From the NCBI GenBank assembly GCA_965248755.1, contig OZ252149.1, positions 3,936,001-4,000,000 of the forward strand: a DNA stretch of 64,000 bases. Reading direction: 5' to 3'. The position numbers and the translations under genes were made by a program. Of the stretch, positions 10,354 through 20,042 are shown piece by piece; position 1 is the first letter of the stretch; each line of letters starts with the position of its first letter. The notes beneath the pieces were generated by a model. That model saw only the letters and a program-made list of their open reading frames with translations, was not told the DNA's origin and did not search any database. The stretch is from Candidatus Latescibacterota bacterium (GTDB lineage: Bacteria > Latescibacterota > CBDEFO01).

Positions 10354-11213
10354 GTGGGCGGTTTTTGGGTCGAGGCTATTCCCGCAAGGTGGTAGCTTTG
10401 GCTTTGGGTTTGCATCGTTCGACTCTGTATAGGTTTAGGGATAGAGGTGTCAGTTCTTCTGTTAAAGAGCCTGTGATAGATGAGGAGCTTGCTTTTCGTA
10501 TTCGAGGGATACTGGACCAAGAAGAGGCATTTGGTCACAGGCGGGTTTGGGCGCATCTTCGTTTCAAGGAAGGGGAATGTGTCAACGTTAAGAAGGTTCA
10601 TAGGATAATGAAGCTTAAGGGGTGGCAGTGTAAGCTGTGGAATCGTCCCGGGAGAAAGGGGCCACAGGTTGCCCAGAAGCGTTCTGTGGTGGATAGTCCC
10701 GACAGTTTGTGGTCGAGTGACTTGACAAAGATTTACTGTGGAAAAGATGGTTGGTGTCCTCTTATTGCGGTGGTGGACAACGGAAGCCGGGAGGTTCCTG
10801 GGTATCGTTTTAGTCGAAAAGGGAGGGCACTGGAGGCCACAGATGCCCTGGATCGGGCCGTGATCTCTCGATACACTTCCAAGGAGGCTGTCCCCCAGGG
10901 TCTCACTTTGCGCTCTGACAATGGTTCCATCTTTTTGGCTCGGGCCTATTTGGCCAGTACCGAATATTGGGGAATTCGTCAGGAATACATACCAAGTGGT
11001 AAACCCGATTGGAACGGTGTTGTAGAGCGTTTTTTCAGGACCCTCAAGCAAGAGTGTGTTTGGCTTCACAAGTTTGAATCCTTTGAACAGGCTGAGAAGA
11101 TCATATCTCAGTGGATCGATAATTACAACAAGAACAGGCTTCATTCATCCCTGGGATATAAGACCCCAAAAGAGTGGAGAAAACAATTTTATCTACTACC
11201 CCAGGTTGCTTAA
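10350..11213 (+). CDS. IS3 transposase OrfB (DDE/rve), -1 frame relative to OrfA
   Basis: WSSDLT, LRSDNGS, NGVVERFFRTLKQE, YNKNRLHSSLGYKTP. Confidence 0.95.
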   Translation: MSGRFLGRGYSRKVVALALGLHRSTLYRFRDRGVSSSVKEPVIDEELAFRIRGILDQEEAFGHRRVWAHLRFKEGECVNVKKVHRIMKLKGWQCKLWNRPGRKGPQVAQKRSVVDSPDSLWSSDLTKIYCGKDGWCPLIAVVDNGSREVPGYRFSRKGRALEATDALDRAVISRYTSKEAVPQGLTLRSDNGSIFLARAYLASTEYWGIRQEYIPSGKPDWNGVVERFFRTLKQECVWLHKFESFEQAEKIISQWIDNYNKNRLHSSLGYKTPKEWRKQFYLLPQVA

Positions 11214-11556
11214 TTGGTGTCGCTTTCCTGGGAAGCAGTACATCGTCTCATTGTTAAGTCTCCCTTTCTTTAACAGCCAGAGTTGTTGTGGGGACTCCCT
11301 CGTCATGACCAGAGTAAAAATAGGATATGATCGTGACATCTTCTGTAACAGTTCTACAATCTTGGCGTTGCTACTCGTACTCATGAGTGTTGGTCAATCA
11401 GGAGGAAAGATACAAAGGTAAGATACTCATCAATTATGGTGGGAAGATACAAAATAAGACAGTGGATGTCAATAGGAATTGTGGGTCAGATCGTCAGCCA
11501 ACAACATCTGGCATCGCCGTACTAGAAAGAAATTTCACTCAGTGTTCTCAAAAAAC

Positions 11557-12036
11557 TCAGTCTGCAGATTCTTCTGAAGAGTTATCTGGATCGAACCTTC
11601 CACCTGGTCTACCTCTTCCGTTGTCTGGGATGTAGATGTGAACTCGTGACTGTTGGGTTGGCTGGATCGGCTCACCAGCTTTGTCTTTGCGATCTACTTC
11701 TAACCTATTACGACTCCATCTCTCAGGAAACGCCCGCTCTAAGAACCACGCTGCAGCTTGCCACGTGCCATCTTTCGCCGCTTTCTGTATTAGGCTAACT
11801 GCCTCCATCTCACCCTTTGACTGGGCCTTTTTTATTGCGTCCCAAAACTCTTTGTATTCACCCTTAGCAGCTTGCTCTCCATTGTCCATCCACCTATAGA
11901 AAGTTGATTCTCCAACTCCAACCGCGTGGCACGCTGTGCTGACAAAGTTGCCTTGCTCCAAGATGTCACTTAGAGCCCTTTGCAGCTTAGGTGTTAGCTT
12001 CGTCTTTCGACCTACTTTCTTTGAATTCTTATTCAT
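11557..12036 (-). CDS. Phage terminase small subunit-like HTH protein
   Basis: GRKTKLTP...ACHAVGVGESTFYRW...WQAAAWFLER...VHIYIPDNGR pattern typical of phage TerS-like proteins; GGAGG RBS. Confidence 0.65.
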   Translation of the reverse strand: MNKNSKKVGRKTKLTPKLQRALSDILEQGNFVSTACHAVGVGESTFYRWMDNGEQAAKGEYKEFWDAIKKAQSKGEMEAVSLIQKAAKDGTWQAAAWFLERAFPERWSRNRLEVDRKDKAGEPIQPTQQSRVHIYIPDNGRGRPGGRFDPDNSSEESAD

Positions 12037-12136
12037 AAGTTTTGCCTCCAACTATTCGTTTAGCTTAACCGGATATTACCTTCCCGCTGTTTGGATCATA
12101 GGTTAATTAAATTAAGTTATACTTATTAAACTAAAT

Positions 12137-12165
12137 ATACAACATAAGTTATACTTATGCACGCC
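12137..12165 (-). other. dif-like / tyrosine-recombinase site
   Basis: - strand GGCGTGCATAA-GTATAAC-TTATGTTGTAT resembles E. coli dif GGTGCGCATAA-TGTATA-TTATGTTAAAT, with a 7-bp core. Confidence 0.5.
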
Positions 12166-12198
12166 CTACTTGCATCGGTTCTATTCAGATCAGATCAG

Positions 12199-12870
12199 CC
12201 GTCTGGTCAGGAAGCAACTTTCCTCGCACCGCTTCCGGTTACAGAGCTTTGGGGCGTAGGACAAAGAACAGCCGCAGCCTTAACAGACCTCGGCATACAA
12301 ACCATCGGTGATCTTGCCCGCTTTTCCGACGAATACCTGGCCTGGCGCTTTGGAGTGCGCGGTAGGTGGTTGGTCTTCCACTCAAGGGGAATAGATGAAA
12401 GTCCGATACAAACCACCTGGCAGGTGAAATCCATAAGTAAGGCGAAGACATTTTCTCATGATGTTTCCGATAAGGATGTCTTGAAAGGGGCTCTCTACGC
12501 CTGGTCTGAGGTAGTTGGCAGGGAACTAAGGAGAAAAGGCTTAACCTGTCGTACAGTCAGATTGAAGTTACGCTGGCCGGATTTTTCGACCCTGAAGAGG
12601 CAAGCGACCATGAGAGATCCTACCGATCTGGATGAGGTGATCTATACTGAAGTGGTTCGTCTCTTTGAACGGTATTGGATTCCGGGACATCCAGTGAGGT
12701 TGTTAGGCGTAGGTGTAAGACACTTGAGTGGAGATGCGCGTTAATTGAAGCTGTGGAATGAGGAGATAGAAAAGAAAGAGCGCATGCAAAAAGCTGTCGA
12801 CTCACTACGCAAGCGATTTGGGGAGAGGGCAGTTAGGTCAGGTAGAGAAATGATGAGAGGAAACACTTGA
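12199..12870 (+). pseudogene. dinB: DNA polymerase IV C-terminal fragment (HhH + little finger), 5'-truncated, nonsense before the clamp motif
   Basis: FLAPLPVTELWGVG...KSISKAKTF...VRLLGVG; TAA at 12742-12744 sits in place of the Q of a QLKLW-like motif and the frame continues as AVDSLRKRFG. Confidence 0.8.
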
Positions 12871-12889
12871 CCCTCGGGACCGTTACGCT

Positions 12890-13008
12890 CTGCCTTACGG
12901 GCCCAGCCCAGCGCTCTCCATCTTTCACCTCGGGGCTCGACACTTTGACCTATTTTCTCAAACCCAAATTTGCGAAATACTTGTCGGTCGGTCAAGGGCA
13001 GCGGTATG
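12890..13008 (-). mobile_element. Degenerate left end of a related IS3-family element
   Basis: Reverse complement CATACCGCTGCCCTTGACCGACCGACAAGTATTTCGCAAATTTGGGTTTGAG...GTGTCGAGCCCCGAGGTGAAAGATGG is a diverged match to 9977-10090. Confidence 0.85.
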
Positions 13009-13434
13009 GTTGAGGTTACGGGGCCACTTGCATTTGTACTTTGGGCTTCTTCATCTGCCCTGGATACGGACTTTACGGTCAAGCTTTTAGACGTATATCC
13101 TCCCAATGAGGACTATCCTTCGGGGTTCGATATGAACATCTCCGACAGCATCATAAGGGCACGCTACAGGAACTGCAGAGAAAGTGCGGAATTGATGCAA
13201 CCTGGAAAGATATACAGATTCGAGATCGTGATGTATCCTACGTCCAACCTGTTCAAGAAGGGTCACAGGATAAGGGTAGATGTCTCAAGCAGCAATTTCC
13301 CGAGATTCGACGTAAATCCGAACACTGGCGGTCCGCTCGGCTGTGAGAGGAGACTTGTGATAGCTCAGAACACGGTGTATCACGACAGGGGACATACTTC
13401 GCATATCGTGCTGCCCCTCATTCCCGCTGGGTAG
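13009..13434 (+). pseudogene. C-terminal fragment of a CocE/NonD family hydrolase
   Basis: VEVTGP...SSSALDTDFTVKLLDVYP...GHRIRVDVSSSNFPRFDVNPNTG; N-terminus replaced by the IS end. Confidence 0.85.
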
Positions 13435-14029
13435 GGAATGAAGATTCCAGCTTGTTCTTCAACGCAAGTGCATCTACGCTAAGTGTATTTATAAGATACC
13501 ACGCTGGATGGTCCGCTCTCCTCATCGGAGCAGCCTCGTCTCCGGGCTCTACTTTTAGATTCACCAAGACCGGACCCTCTTCTTTTAATATCTGGGCGAT
13601 CTGCCCTTCAAATTCGCCTATCTGGCTGAACTCATAGACCTGCTCTAAACCGGCCCCTCTTGCCATCTGTGCCAGGCTGGAATTGCCTGCACCCGGTATC
13701 GGCTGGTTTCCCGTCACTTCGTAAGTCCCGTTCTCAAAGACGACCATCACGTAGTTCTTAGGGGAGAGATTGGCTACTGTCACCAATATTCCCAGACTCA
13801 TAAGCAGGCTTCCGTCTCCGTTGATGCAGATAACTCTCCTGTCGGGGCGTGCCAGGGCTATCCCCAGGGCAAAATCCGCAGCGTGACCCATTGCGCTACC
13901 CACCGAGGCGAAATCTAAATCTTGATGCGAAACGCTCGCCCAGGGTCTTGCCGTTCCCATAGTCGTTATGACTATCTCGTGGGTGCGGCATTCGGCTATT
14001 TTCCTCAGACATTCCTCTTTGTTCAACAT
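13418..14029 (-). CDS. TPP-dependent decarboxylase beta subunit (sulfopyruvate/phosphonopyruvate decarboxylase-like)
   Basis: GSAMGHA...GDGSLLMSLG...FENGTYEVTGNQP (TPP-binding GDG..N motif). Confidence 0.85.
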   Translation of the reverse strand: MLNKEECLRKIAECRTHEIVITTMGTARPWASVSHQDLDFASVGSAMGHAADFALGIALARPDRRVICINGDGSLLMSLGILVTVANLSPKNYVMVVFENGTYEVTGNQPIPGAGNSSLAQMARGAGLEQVYEFSQIGEFEGQIAQILKEEGPVLVNLKVEPGDEAAPMRRADHPAWYLINTLSVDALALKNKLESSFPTQRE

Positions 14030-14056
14030 AAGATCCACCGAATCTGTAGGGGTTGA

Positions 14057-14181
14057 GATTGCTTCGGGATAAACCCCCGATAGAATCCTTCGGGGGCGTG
14101 GGCACTGCGTGCGTTGCTGCCACCCCTTTGGGAGGGGCACGAAGTGCCATCAAACCACCAAGTGGGTGGGCGAAAGCAATC
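14057..14181. repeat. REP/MITE-like palindromic element
   Basis: Terminal IR GATTGCTTCG...CGAAAGCAATC with internal hairpins CCCCCGA..TCGGGGG and GGCAC..GTGCC. Confidence 0.6.
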
Positions 14182-14219
14182 GCTTCTTTTTATTATGTCG
14201 TTCCCGTTCTAACTTGCCG

Positions 14220-15155
14220 TCAGCGCCGACACGAGATCATGATGATCTGCTCCGGGGCCTCCCAGAAAGATTCCCAGGTCCTGCCGCGGTCCTGACTCAG
14301 GAACAGGGTCGCTTCCACAACCGCCCACGCAAGGCCTTCGGACGAAAAGGAGACGTGGAAGGTGTCGATGTTTTTCCTGGTGGATGTCGGGAATCCCTCC
14401 GTGACATGCGTCCAGGTCAACCCCGCATCTTCTGACCGGTAGAGCTGGCCCTGAACGTCTCCCCCGGGACCGTGGCTGGCAGTCGCAAGGAGACAGTCGG
14501 GATCCGTGGGATGGACGGCGATCGCCCTGCCGTAGCGTTCTCTCATCCCGTCTGCGCGGTGCAGCCACGACTGCCCTCGATCTTCGCTGAGATAGACAGC
14601 GTTGGCCGTGTTCGCATAGACGCGGCGATCTGACTCTGTACAGGTCGCCACCTGGTGGACGTCCTTGTACAGGTCTGGCGTAACAGGCTCCCACGAGTCT
14701 CCCCGGTCGGAAGAGCGCATGATGCTCCCCACATGGATATCGGCGTAGACCCAACCGTCTTTTGTACAGGCAAGGCTTCGGACCGATGCGGGTCCACCCC
14801 ACGGCGTGTACCACTCCTTGCGGCAGTCCAGCGCCTCAAACGAAGGGATGCGCTGGACTGCACCGGCTTCGCCTGAAAGCCTGTAGAGATGCGGTCCCTC
14901 TGTGCCGATCAACAGATCCAGGGGGTCTTCATGCAGAATCGCCAGCGATTCGATAGGATCTTCGATCCCGGTGGAGATGCGCTGCAATTCGTCTTTGGAA
15001 AGGAGAACGATCTCCCCGCTCGCCAGCGCTATAACCTCAGCTTGGACTCCTTCCTCAACACGCTCTATGCCCTCCCTTTCGAATCGTACCGAGGGAGAAT
15101 TCTGATTCCGGCCGCCCTCCTGAAAGTATAGAGTCGTTTCAGTCGCAATCAGCAT
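14220..15155 (-). CDS. BNR/Asp-box repeat beta-propeller protein
   Basis: Four SxDxGxS/TW Asp-boxes. Confidence 0.8.
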   Translation of the reverse strand: MLIATETTLYFQEGGRNQNSPSVRFEREGIERVEEGVQAEVIALASGEIVLLSKDELQRISTGIEDPIESLAILHEDPLDLLIGTEGPHLYRLSGEAGAVQRIPSFEALDCRKEWYTPWGGPASVRSLACTKDGWVYADIHVGSIMRSSDRGDSWEPVTPDLYKDVHQVATCTESDRRVYANTANAVYLSEDRGQSWLHRADGMRERYGRAIAVHPTDPDCLLATASHGPGGDVQGQLYRSEDAGLTWTHVTEGFPTSTRKNIDTFHVSFSSEGLAWAVVEATLFLSQDRGRTWESFWEAPEQIIMISCRR

Positions 15156-15490
15156 AGTAACTTGCTTCTGATAGTCCGAGGAAAGTCTTCCCGGAAATAA
15201 CGTCGTATTGGCATCGAACTCTCTGGCTATGAATTTGCCATATCTATTTGCTATTTGCCATTTGCTATACCTTAATCAGTAGCTCTAAGAAGATGTGTGA
15301 CATAGATCACAGTTTCAAAGAAAAAGATACAAAACTTCGCCTCAGATGTCAATCACAAAAAAACTTCTTTAATCTTGCCCCTTCCTTCTTGCAAGTACGA
15401 CCAGTACGAGGGCAGGTACACAAACTCTATTATTTTCATTTCCCTTTGCTTTTTTGAGTCTGCAAGGATTTTCGTGTAAATGGCTCTGGA

Positions 15491-16747
15491 CTACATCCCG
15501 AATACTTTACGAACCTTGGACCAACCTGCCATCAGGAAAAAGAGCAGGATAGTCATCAAGAAGGCCGATGTTAAGGGATGGTTGCGGTATCGTTCCCCAA
15601 TCCACGCCGTTCGACCATTCAGGAGCAAGAGTACGAACGCTAACATGGGAATAAAGACGGCTCCGACGATGGCATAAGACTTCTGCATCTTGGTAAACCC
15701 AACCCACAGTCCAAGCATAGGAAGGGTCGCCATACAGTACAAGTACCAGCGATAAGGGGCTGAATCAGTGCTAATAGGTCGATCTTTTGCGAATTGATCT
15801 TTCCGTATCATGGCCCAAAGATCTGTGAAGAGATAGGGGACACTCTGCCACACTCCCAACAGACTGCTGAAGATCGCTCCAAATGCACCCAGTAAAAAAG
15901 CCCATTTACCTACCCAGCCCAGCTTTTCTCCCAAGCTCATGGCTAATTGGGTCACCAAGGTGGCGCCTCTACCTTCCACCTGAATGGTGCTCCCGATCAC
16001 GACCATGGCCAACCCGAACAGGGCCGTCATCGCATACGCGATGCCCAGGTCGATACGACAGGCGCTTAAATCATCATCGCTGAAACGTCCTTCCTCACGG
16101 ATCCAATAACCGTAACATAAGATTGTTACCGTACCGCCGACACCACCTATCAAGGCGATCGTCCAGGACAATCCTGCGCCATCGAGGTCGGGAATGGTGG
16201 GCCACACCAGTCCCCTCAGGAGTTCGCTCCAACCTGGTTTCAAGAGGATGGCGGTCATGACTACGGTTACGAACATCAGACCAATACAGAGGCTCATCAC
16301 TTTTTCAAACAGGCGATATCCGCCCAGACGAACTAAGATCACGCCCAGCACACTGAGAATCATGCCGTAGACGATTTTGCCGGTGGACGGATCGTAAAAG
16401 AAGGGGAACATGGCTTGCGCTGCTACCCCACAGGCGCTCATCAGCGCTGCGGCCACCAGGAAGCTCCATATCAGCAAATAGACTAGAAAAATATATTGGG
16501 CGGGACGACCCAGGTGGCTCATGGCCCCTTCAAGCAGCGTATCACCAGTGGCCAGTTGCCAGCGGGTCAATCCTTCATTCAATACAAACTTGAAGCAGGC
16601 GCCCAAAAGAACGGCCCACAGGATCGCTACTCCTAAATTGGTTCCCACAAAGGCCGCGGTGGCCAGATCACCCGCTCCGACCCCGGTGCCCGCCACCAGG
16701 ATCCCCGGACCGATGATCGACAGTAGAGTTTTCTTTCTCTTCGACAT
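15491..16747 (-). CDS. Nramp-like divalent metal transporter
   Basis: IGPGILVAGTGVGAGDL motif; about 11 TM segments. Confidence 0.85.
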   Translation of the reverse strand: MSKRKKTLLSIIGPGILVAGTGVGAGDLATAAFVGTNLGVAILWAVLLGACFKFVLNEGLTRWQLATGDTLLEGAMSHLGRPAQYIFLVYLLIWSFLVAAALMSACGVAAQAMFPFFYDPSTGKIVYGMILSVLGVILVRLGGYRLFEKVMSLCIGLMFVTVVMTAILLKPGWSELLRGLVWPTIPDLDGAGLSWTIALIGGVGGTVTILCYGYWIREEGRFSDDDLSACRIDLGIAYAMTALFGLAMVVIGSTIQVEGRGATLVTQLAMSLGEKLGWVGKWAFLLGAFGAIFSSLLGVWQSVPYLFTDLWAMIRKDQFAKDRPISTDSAPYRWYLYCMATLPMLGLWVGFTKMQKSYAIVGAVFIPMLAFVLLLLNGRTAWIGERYRNHPLTSAFLMTILLFFLMAGWSKVRKVFGM

Positions 16748-16766
16748 AGGTAACTCCCTCCCTATT

Positions 16767-17210
16767 TTAAGTTGTTGGTTGAATCTCACGGAAAACTACT
16801 TGGCCATCTTCAACATCAGCCCGATAGAGTTCCACCAAGGTATTGGGAACAAGTGTCTTGATCTCCTCAGCAAATTCAAGAAGGTCATTTTTCTGCTTTT
16901 CCCTCAGGTCTGCCTCTTCTTCGAGTCTTGGATGCTTGTTGTGGTAGTAGGCACAATCGAAATGAGCAATGGCAATTACCCTTTCTGTTGCGTGTGCCTT
17001 AGCCAGCATCTTTATATCATCCTGGACCGCAAAGAAGTTAGTTCCGGAAATTAGAACTCTGGCTGGCCCTCCCGGTACAGTAACTTCGTCAAAAACTGTA
17101 AGCTCTAAATCTTCAGTTAGGAACTGCTGCTTTGCTTGAGAAAACCTACCATCGGAGCAGGAAATCACCAGCACCTTTGGCTTAATATGATCCCAAGGTA
17201 TTGCTTCCAT
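16767..17210 (-). CDS. Beta-class carbonic anhydrase-like protein
   Basis: CSDGR...PGG...HFDC zinc-ligand motifs. Confidence 0.7.
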   Translation of the reverse strand: MEAIPWDHIKPKVLVISCSDGRFSQAKQQFLTEDLELTVFDEVTVPGGPARVLISGTNFFAVQDDIKMLAKAHATERVIAIAHFDCAYYHNKHPRLEEEADLREKQKNDLLEFAEEIKTLVPNTLVELYRADVEDGQVVFREIQPTT

Positions 17211-17234
17211 GGCTCTTCTCCTTAAGAGGAGAGT

Positions 17235-17259
17235 GCAGGGTCTCGTAAAAAGACCCTGC
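17235..17259. terminator. Hairpin between the flotillin and carbonic anhydrase-like genes
   Basis: GCAGGGTCT...AGACCCTGC stem-loop. Confidence 0.45.
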
Positions 17260-17275
17260 CTCCCTGTTTTTAGGT

Positions 17276-19276
17276 TTACTCAGTCGCACCAGAGACTTGA
17301 AGCTTAGAAAAAGCTTGATTGAGCTGACCAAGAATCTCCGGTTTCTCCTTGATGGTTTCGATTAGAGCAGAAACACTCTTAAGATAAAAATCATCTCCAA
17401 AGGTAGCAGCCAAATATTGAGCCAGCCCAGCTTCATCCCTCGGGGATTTGAGGGCCGAAGCTACTTTCTCCTGGATCTGCTCGAGAATCCCAGGCTGTTC
17501 AGTAATCTTAGCAGCCAGAGCCTGAACAGTACTATCGTCTAGGGTTTTACCAAAGATGCCCTGGAAGATTCCAGTGAGAGTATCTTTTACACCAGAGGCA
17601 ATATCCCCGATGAGACCAAGGGCATCCGGGTCAACAGTTTTCATGAAACCATCAATTCCGGTTGAAAGAGCTCGGCCATTCATGAACATCGTCATCATTC
17701 TGCTCAGAGTAGTCGGGTCACCGAAGATGTTCATATCAGCCTCGCTAAGAGATAGCCCCATAGCATCGGCAAAAGCTTTTTGAACCTCACCACTGACCTC
17801 GATGTTTTTCAGGCCAAGCTCGAGCTGTACGGAGATTTCCTGGAACTCAGCTTTGGCTGCCAACTGTGGTTTGGTCACATCGTTGACTCGAGACTGTTCA
17901 ACTTCAACCTTCTTTCTTTCAACGTTGACTGGAACCATTTCGGTAGCAGTCTTACCTTCAGCCTCGTCTGTCAGAGCCTCCTTTTCAGCCACAGCTTTTG
18001 TCTTACGAGCCTCGGCTTCTCTTGCAGCGGCTACTCGCTCTGCTTCAGCTTGACGCTCCTTTTCGTACGCATCTTGGTCAATCTCTCGGGCTTTTGCAAT
18101 GTACCCTTTTTCAGCCGTCCGTTTTGCCTCTTCAGTGATGGCAACGGTCTGTACATTCTGAGCTTCTTTCTCGCGTTCAGTCTCAGCCGCTTTCTGCGCA
18201 GCTTCAGCTTCGGCTTTCTCTTTGTTTCTATCGGCCACAGCCTTTTGTTTCTTAATCGCAGCTTCTTGCTGGGCCTGCTCGCGCTGCTCATTAGCCACCT
18301 GGATTTGTTTTGCCTTTTCGACTCCCGAAACCTGGATGGCCTGGTCTCTTTCTACCTCACGAACGCGGGCTTGTTCTTCCTGCTCGGCAGTGAAAGTGTC
18401 CGCTTTCTGCGCAGCTTCAGCTTGGGCTTGTTGGATATCGCTGTCTTGGATAGCCTCGGCAGTGGCACGTCCAAGCTCTTGCGTGTAGACGAACTTATCC
18501 TTCTCAACGTCCTGTTGTTTGACTTCCTTGTCCGCCTTACGCGCGATGGCGTTTGTTTCCACCCGCATCTTCTGGGTGATCTCAGCGATCTTCCTCGTGC
18601 CTTCAGCGTCAAAAACGTTTGAGTCCGCCCGCATCTTATCCGGCGGGGTCTGATCCAACATTGAAACAGTGACCGTCTCCAATGTCAGACCATTATGCTT
18701 GAGGTCTTTTTCCACTATGTGCTGGACCGCGTGAGCAAACTCATCCCGCTTCTCGTTCAGATCATGAAGATCTTTGGTAGCAGCAACGGTTCTGAGTGCT
18801 GAAACCAGTTTGTCAAAAACAAGCTCTTTGACGTTTTCTGGAGTAACCGACCTCTCGCCAAGAGAAGTTGCGGCATTGACCACGTCATCTCTTTCTTTCT
18901 GAACCTTGATGTAGAATTCTGCCTCGATGTCAGCTCGGAGTTTATCTCCAGTAATAAGAGCATGGGGTCCTGTCCTTTCAACATCAAGTCTCATGGTGCT
19001 GAGGGATACTGGAATTAATTCGTGTACAGCAGGAACAACAATAGCACCGCCATCAATAATAACTTTTTGCCCGCCCATTCCTGTTCTCACGAACGCTTCG
19101 TCTGCGGCTGTTCTTTGGTAGAGACGGGTTATAATGCGAATACCCGACACCAGCACCAGCAGCAGAACTCCAAAACCAACAATGAGTATCTGGCTGATCC
19201 CCTGGACATAGTCGCTGAAAACCAGAGGCAGAGTGACAAAGGCCAGGGCAACAACTACCATTAGTGCGCCCATCAT
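17276..19276 (-). CDS. Flotillin/SPFH domain membrane protein (YqiK-like)
   Basis: N-terminal TMs, AFVRTGMGG, LVSALRTVAA, GLTLETV...LDQT, FDAEG, long Ala/Glu coiled coil. Confidence 0.9.
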   Translation of the reverse strand: MMGALMVVVALAFVTLPLVFSDYVQGISQILIVGFGVLLLVLVSGIRIITRLYQRTAADEAFVRTGMGGQKVIIDGGAIVVPAVHELIPVSLSTMRLDVERTGPHALITGDKLRADIEAEFYIKVQKERDDVVNAATSLGERSVTPENVKELVFDKLVSALRTVAATKDLHDLNEKRDEFAHAVQHIVEKDLKHNGLTLETVTVSMLDQTPPDKMRADSNVFDAEGTRKIAEITQKMRVETNAIARKADKEVKQQDVEKDKFVYTQELGRATAEAIQDSDIQQAQAEAAQKADTFTAEQEEQARVREVERDQAIQVSGVEKAKQIQVANEQREQAQQEAAIKKQKAVADRNKEKAEAEAAQKAAETEREKEAQNVQTVAITEEAKRTAEKGYIAKAREIDQDAYEKERQAEAERVAAAREAEARKTKAVAEKEALTDEAEGKTATEMVPVNVERKKVEVEQSRVNDVTKPQLAAKAEFQEISVQLELGLKNIEVSGEVQKAFADAMGLSLSEADMNIFGDPTTLSRMMTMFMNGRALSTGIDGFMKTVDPDALGLIGDIASGVKDTLTGIFQGIFGKTLDDSTVQALAAKITEQPGILEQIQEKVASALKSPRDEAGLAQYLAATFGDDFYLKSVSALIETIKEKPEILGQLNQAFSKLQVSGATE

Positions 19277-19310
19277 TTTTTCCCCTTTCTTTTCTGGTGA
19301 GTAAATTGAC

Positions 19311-20024
19311 TTACTCCTCGGTAAGTCCTTCAGTTGACGGAAGCTCGCTGTTTACAAAAAAGAAGCGCTCTTCCTGGTTGTGATACATAAGTACCACCTG
19401 GGTTCCCCGGGGAATGTTTTTCTCTTCCGGTTTTACCCGACAGGAAATAGTGTGGAGGAACCCCGAGTCATTGTGAACTTGAGCTTGACCAAAACTGTCA
19501 TCAATATCGGTAACCGCTTCGGCTATCCTGCCAGTTAACTGACTTTCGGCAACACCATACGTCTCGGTGGACGGCATTATTTTTGAAATGCCTGTGGCCA
19601 AAATACGAGTAATAAATACTGAGGCTAGAAGAGCGATAACCAACGATGGCCAGAAAAACAACGTGGCTGGAAGAATCTCGTCTAACATCCTATTGCTTGC
19701 CCAACCACTAAATCCCCAGATGAAACAGAAAGAGATCACAATGATAGAGACAGGAACTCTTCCGATTCCCAGGAAGCTTAGGCCTCTTAAGAAGGTTCCG
19801 GCCTCGCATCCGTGCTCAACACCATGTCCAAAATCATGGCCAGTGTCAGCTACGTCATGTTCGATGCCCACATCATGATCGACGTCATGATCAACATCTG
19901 TTCCATGACCATGGTGGGCCGCTCCTGTTCCAGTAGTCAGTAGCAGGATGTAGAGCAGTGCTGCGACAAAAGGTAGAACAAAAATCAAGTTCCACCAATA
20001 AAGCAGCTCTGTCATAATACTCAC
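19311..20024 (-). CDS. YqiJ/NfeD-like membrane protein with a His/Asp-rich loop
   Basis: LSFLGIGRVP motif, DVDHDVDH repeats, C-terminal OB-fold-like region; directly upstream of flotillin. Confidence 0.8.
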   Translation of the reverse strand: MSIMTELLYWWNLIFVLPFVAALLYILLLTTGTGAAHHGHGTDVDHDVDHDVGIEHDVADTGHDFGHGVEHGCEAGTFLRGLSFLGIGRVPVSIIVISFCFIWGFSGWASNRMLDEILPATLFFWPSLVIALLASVFITRILATGISKIMPSTETYGVAESQLTGRIAEAVTDIDDSFGQAQVHNDSGFLHTISCRVKPEEKNIPRGTQVVLMYHNQEERFFFVNSELPSTEGLTEE

Positions 20025-20042
20025 CCCCTTTCCTTCTGCTGA

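Larger units (their letters stand above)
9977..11242 (+). mobile_element. IS3-family insertion sequence, copy 1 (1266 bp)
   Basis: orfA/orfB organisation; imperfect terminal IRs CATACCGCTCCCC / GGGAAGCAGTACA; 4-bp TSD TCGT (9973-9976, 11243-11246); both ORF translations identical to copy 2. Confidence 0.95.

Noticed and set aside
9951..11144. 397-aa and 408-aa reverse-strand ORFs over the IS3 copies (also 21180-22406)
   Set aside because: Antisense shadows of the transposase; no recognisable motifs, and their ends differ with the flanking DNA
17780..18622. 280-aa + strand ORF and other short overlapping ORFs
   Set aside because: Antisense to flotillin or other well-supported genes; low-complexity shadows
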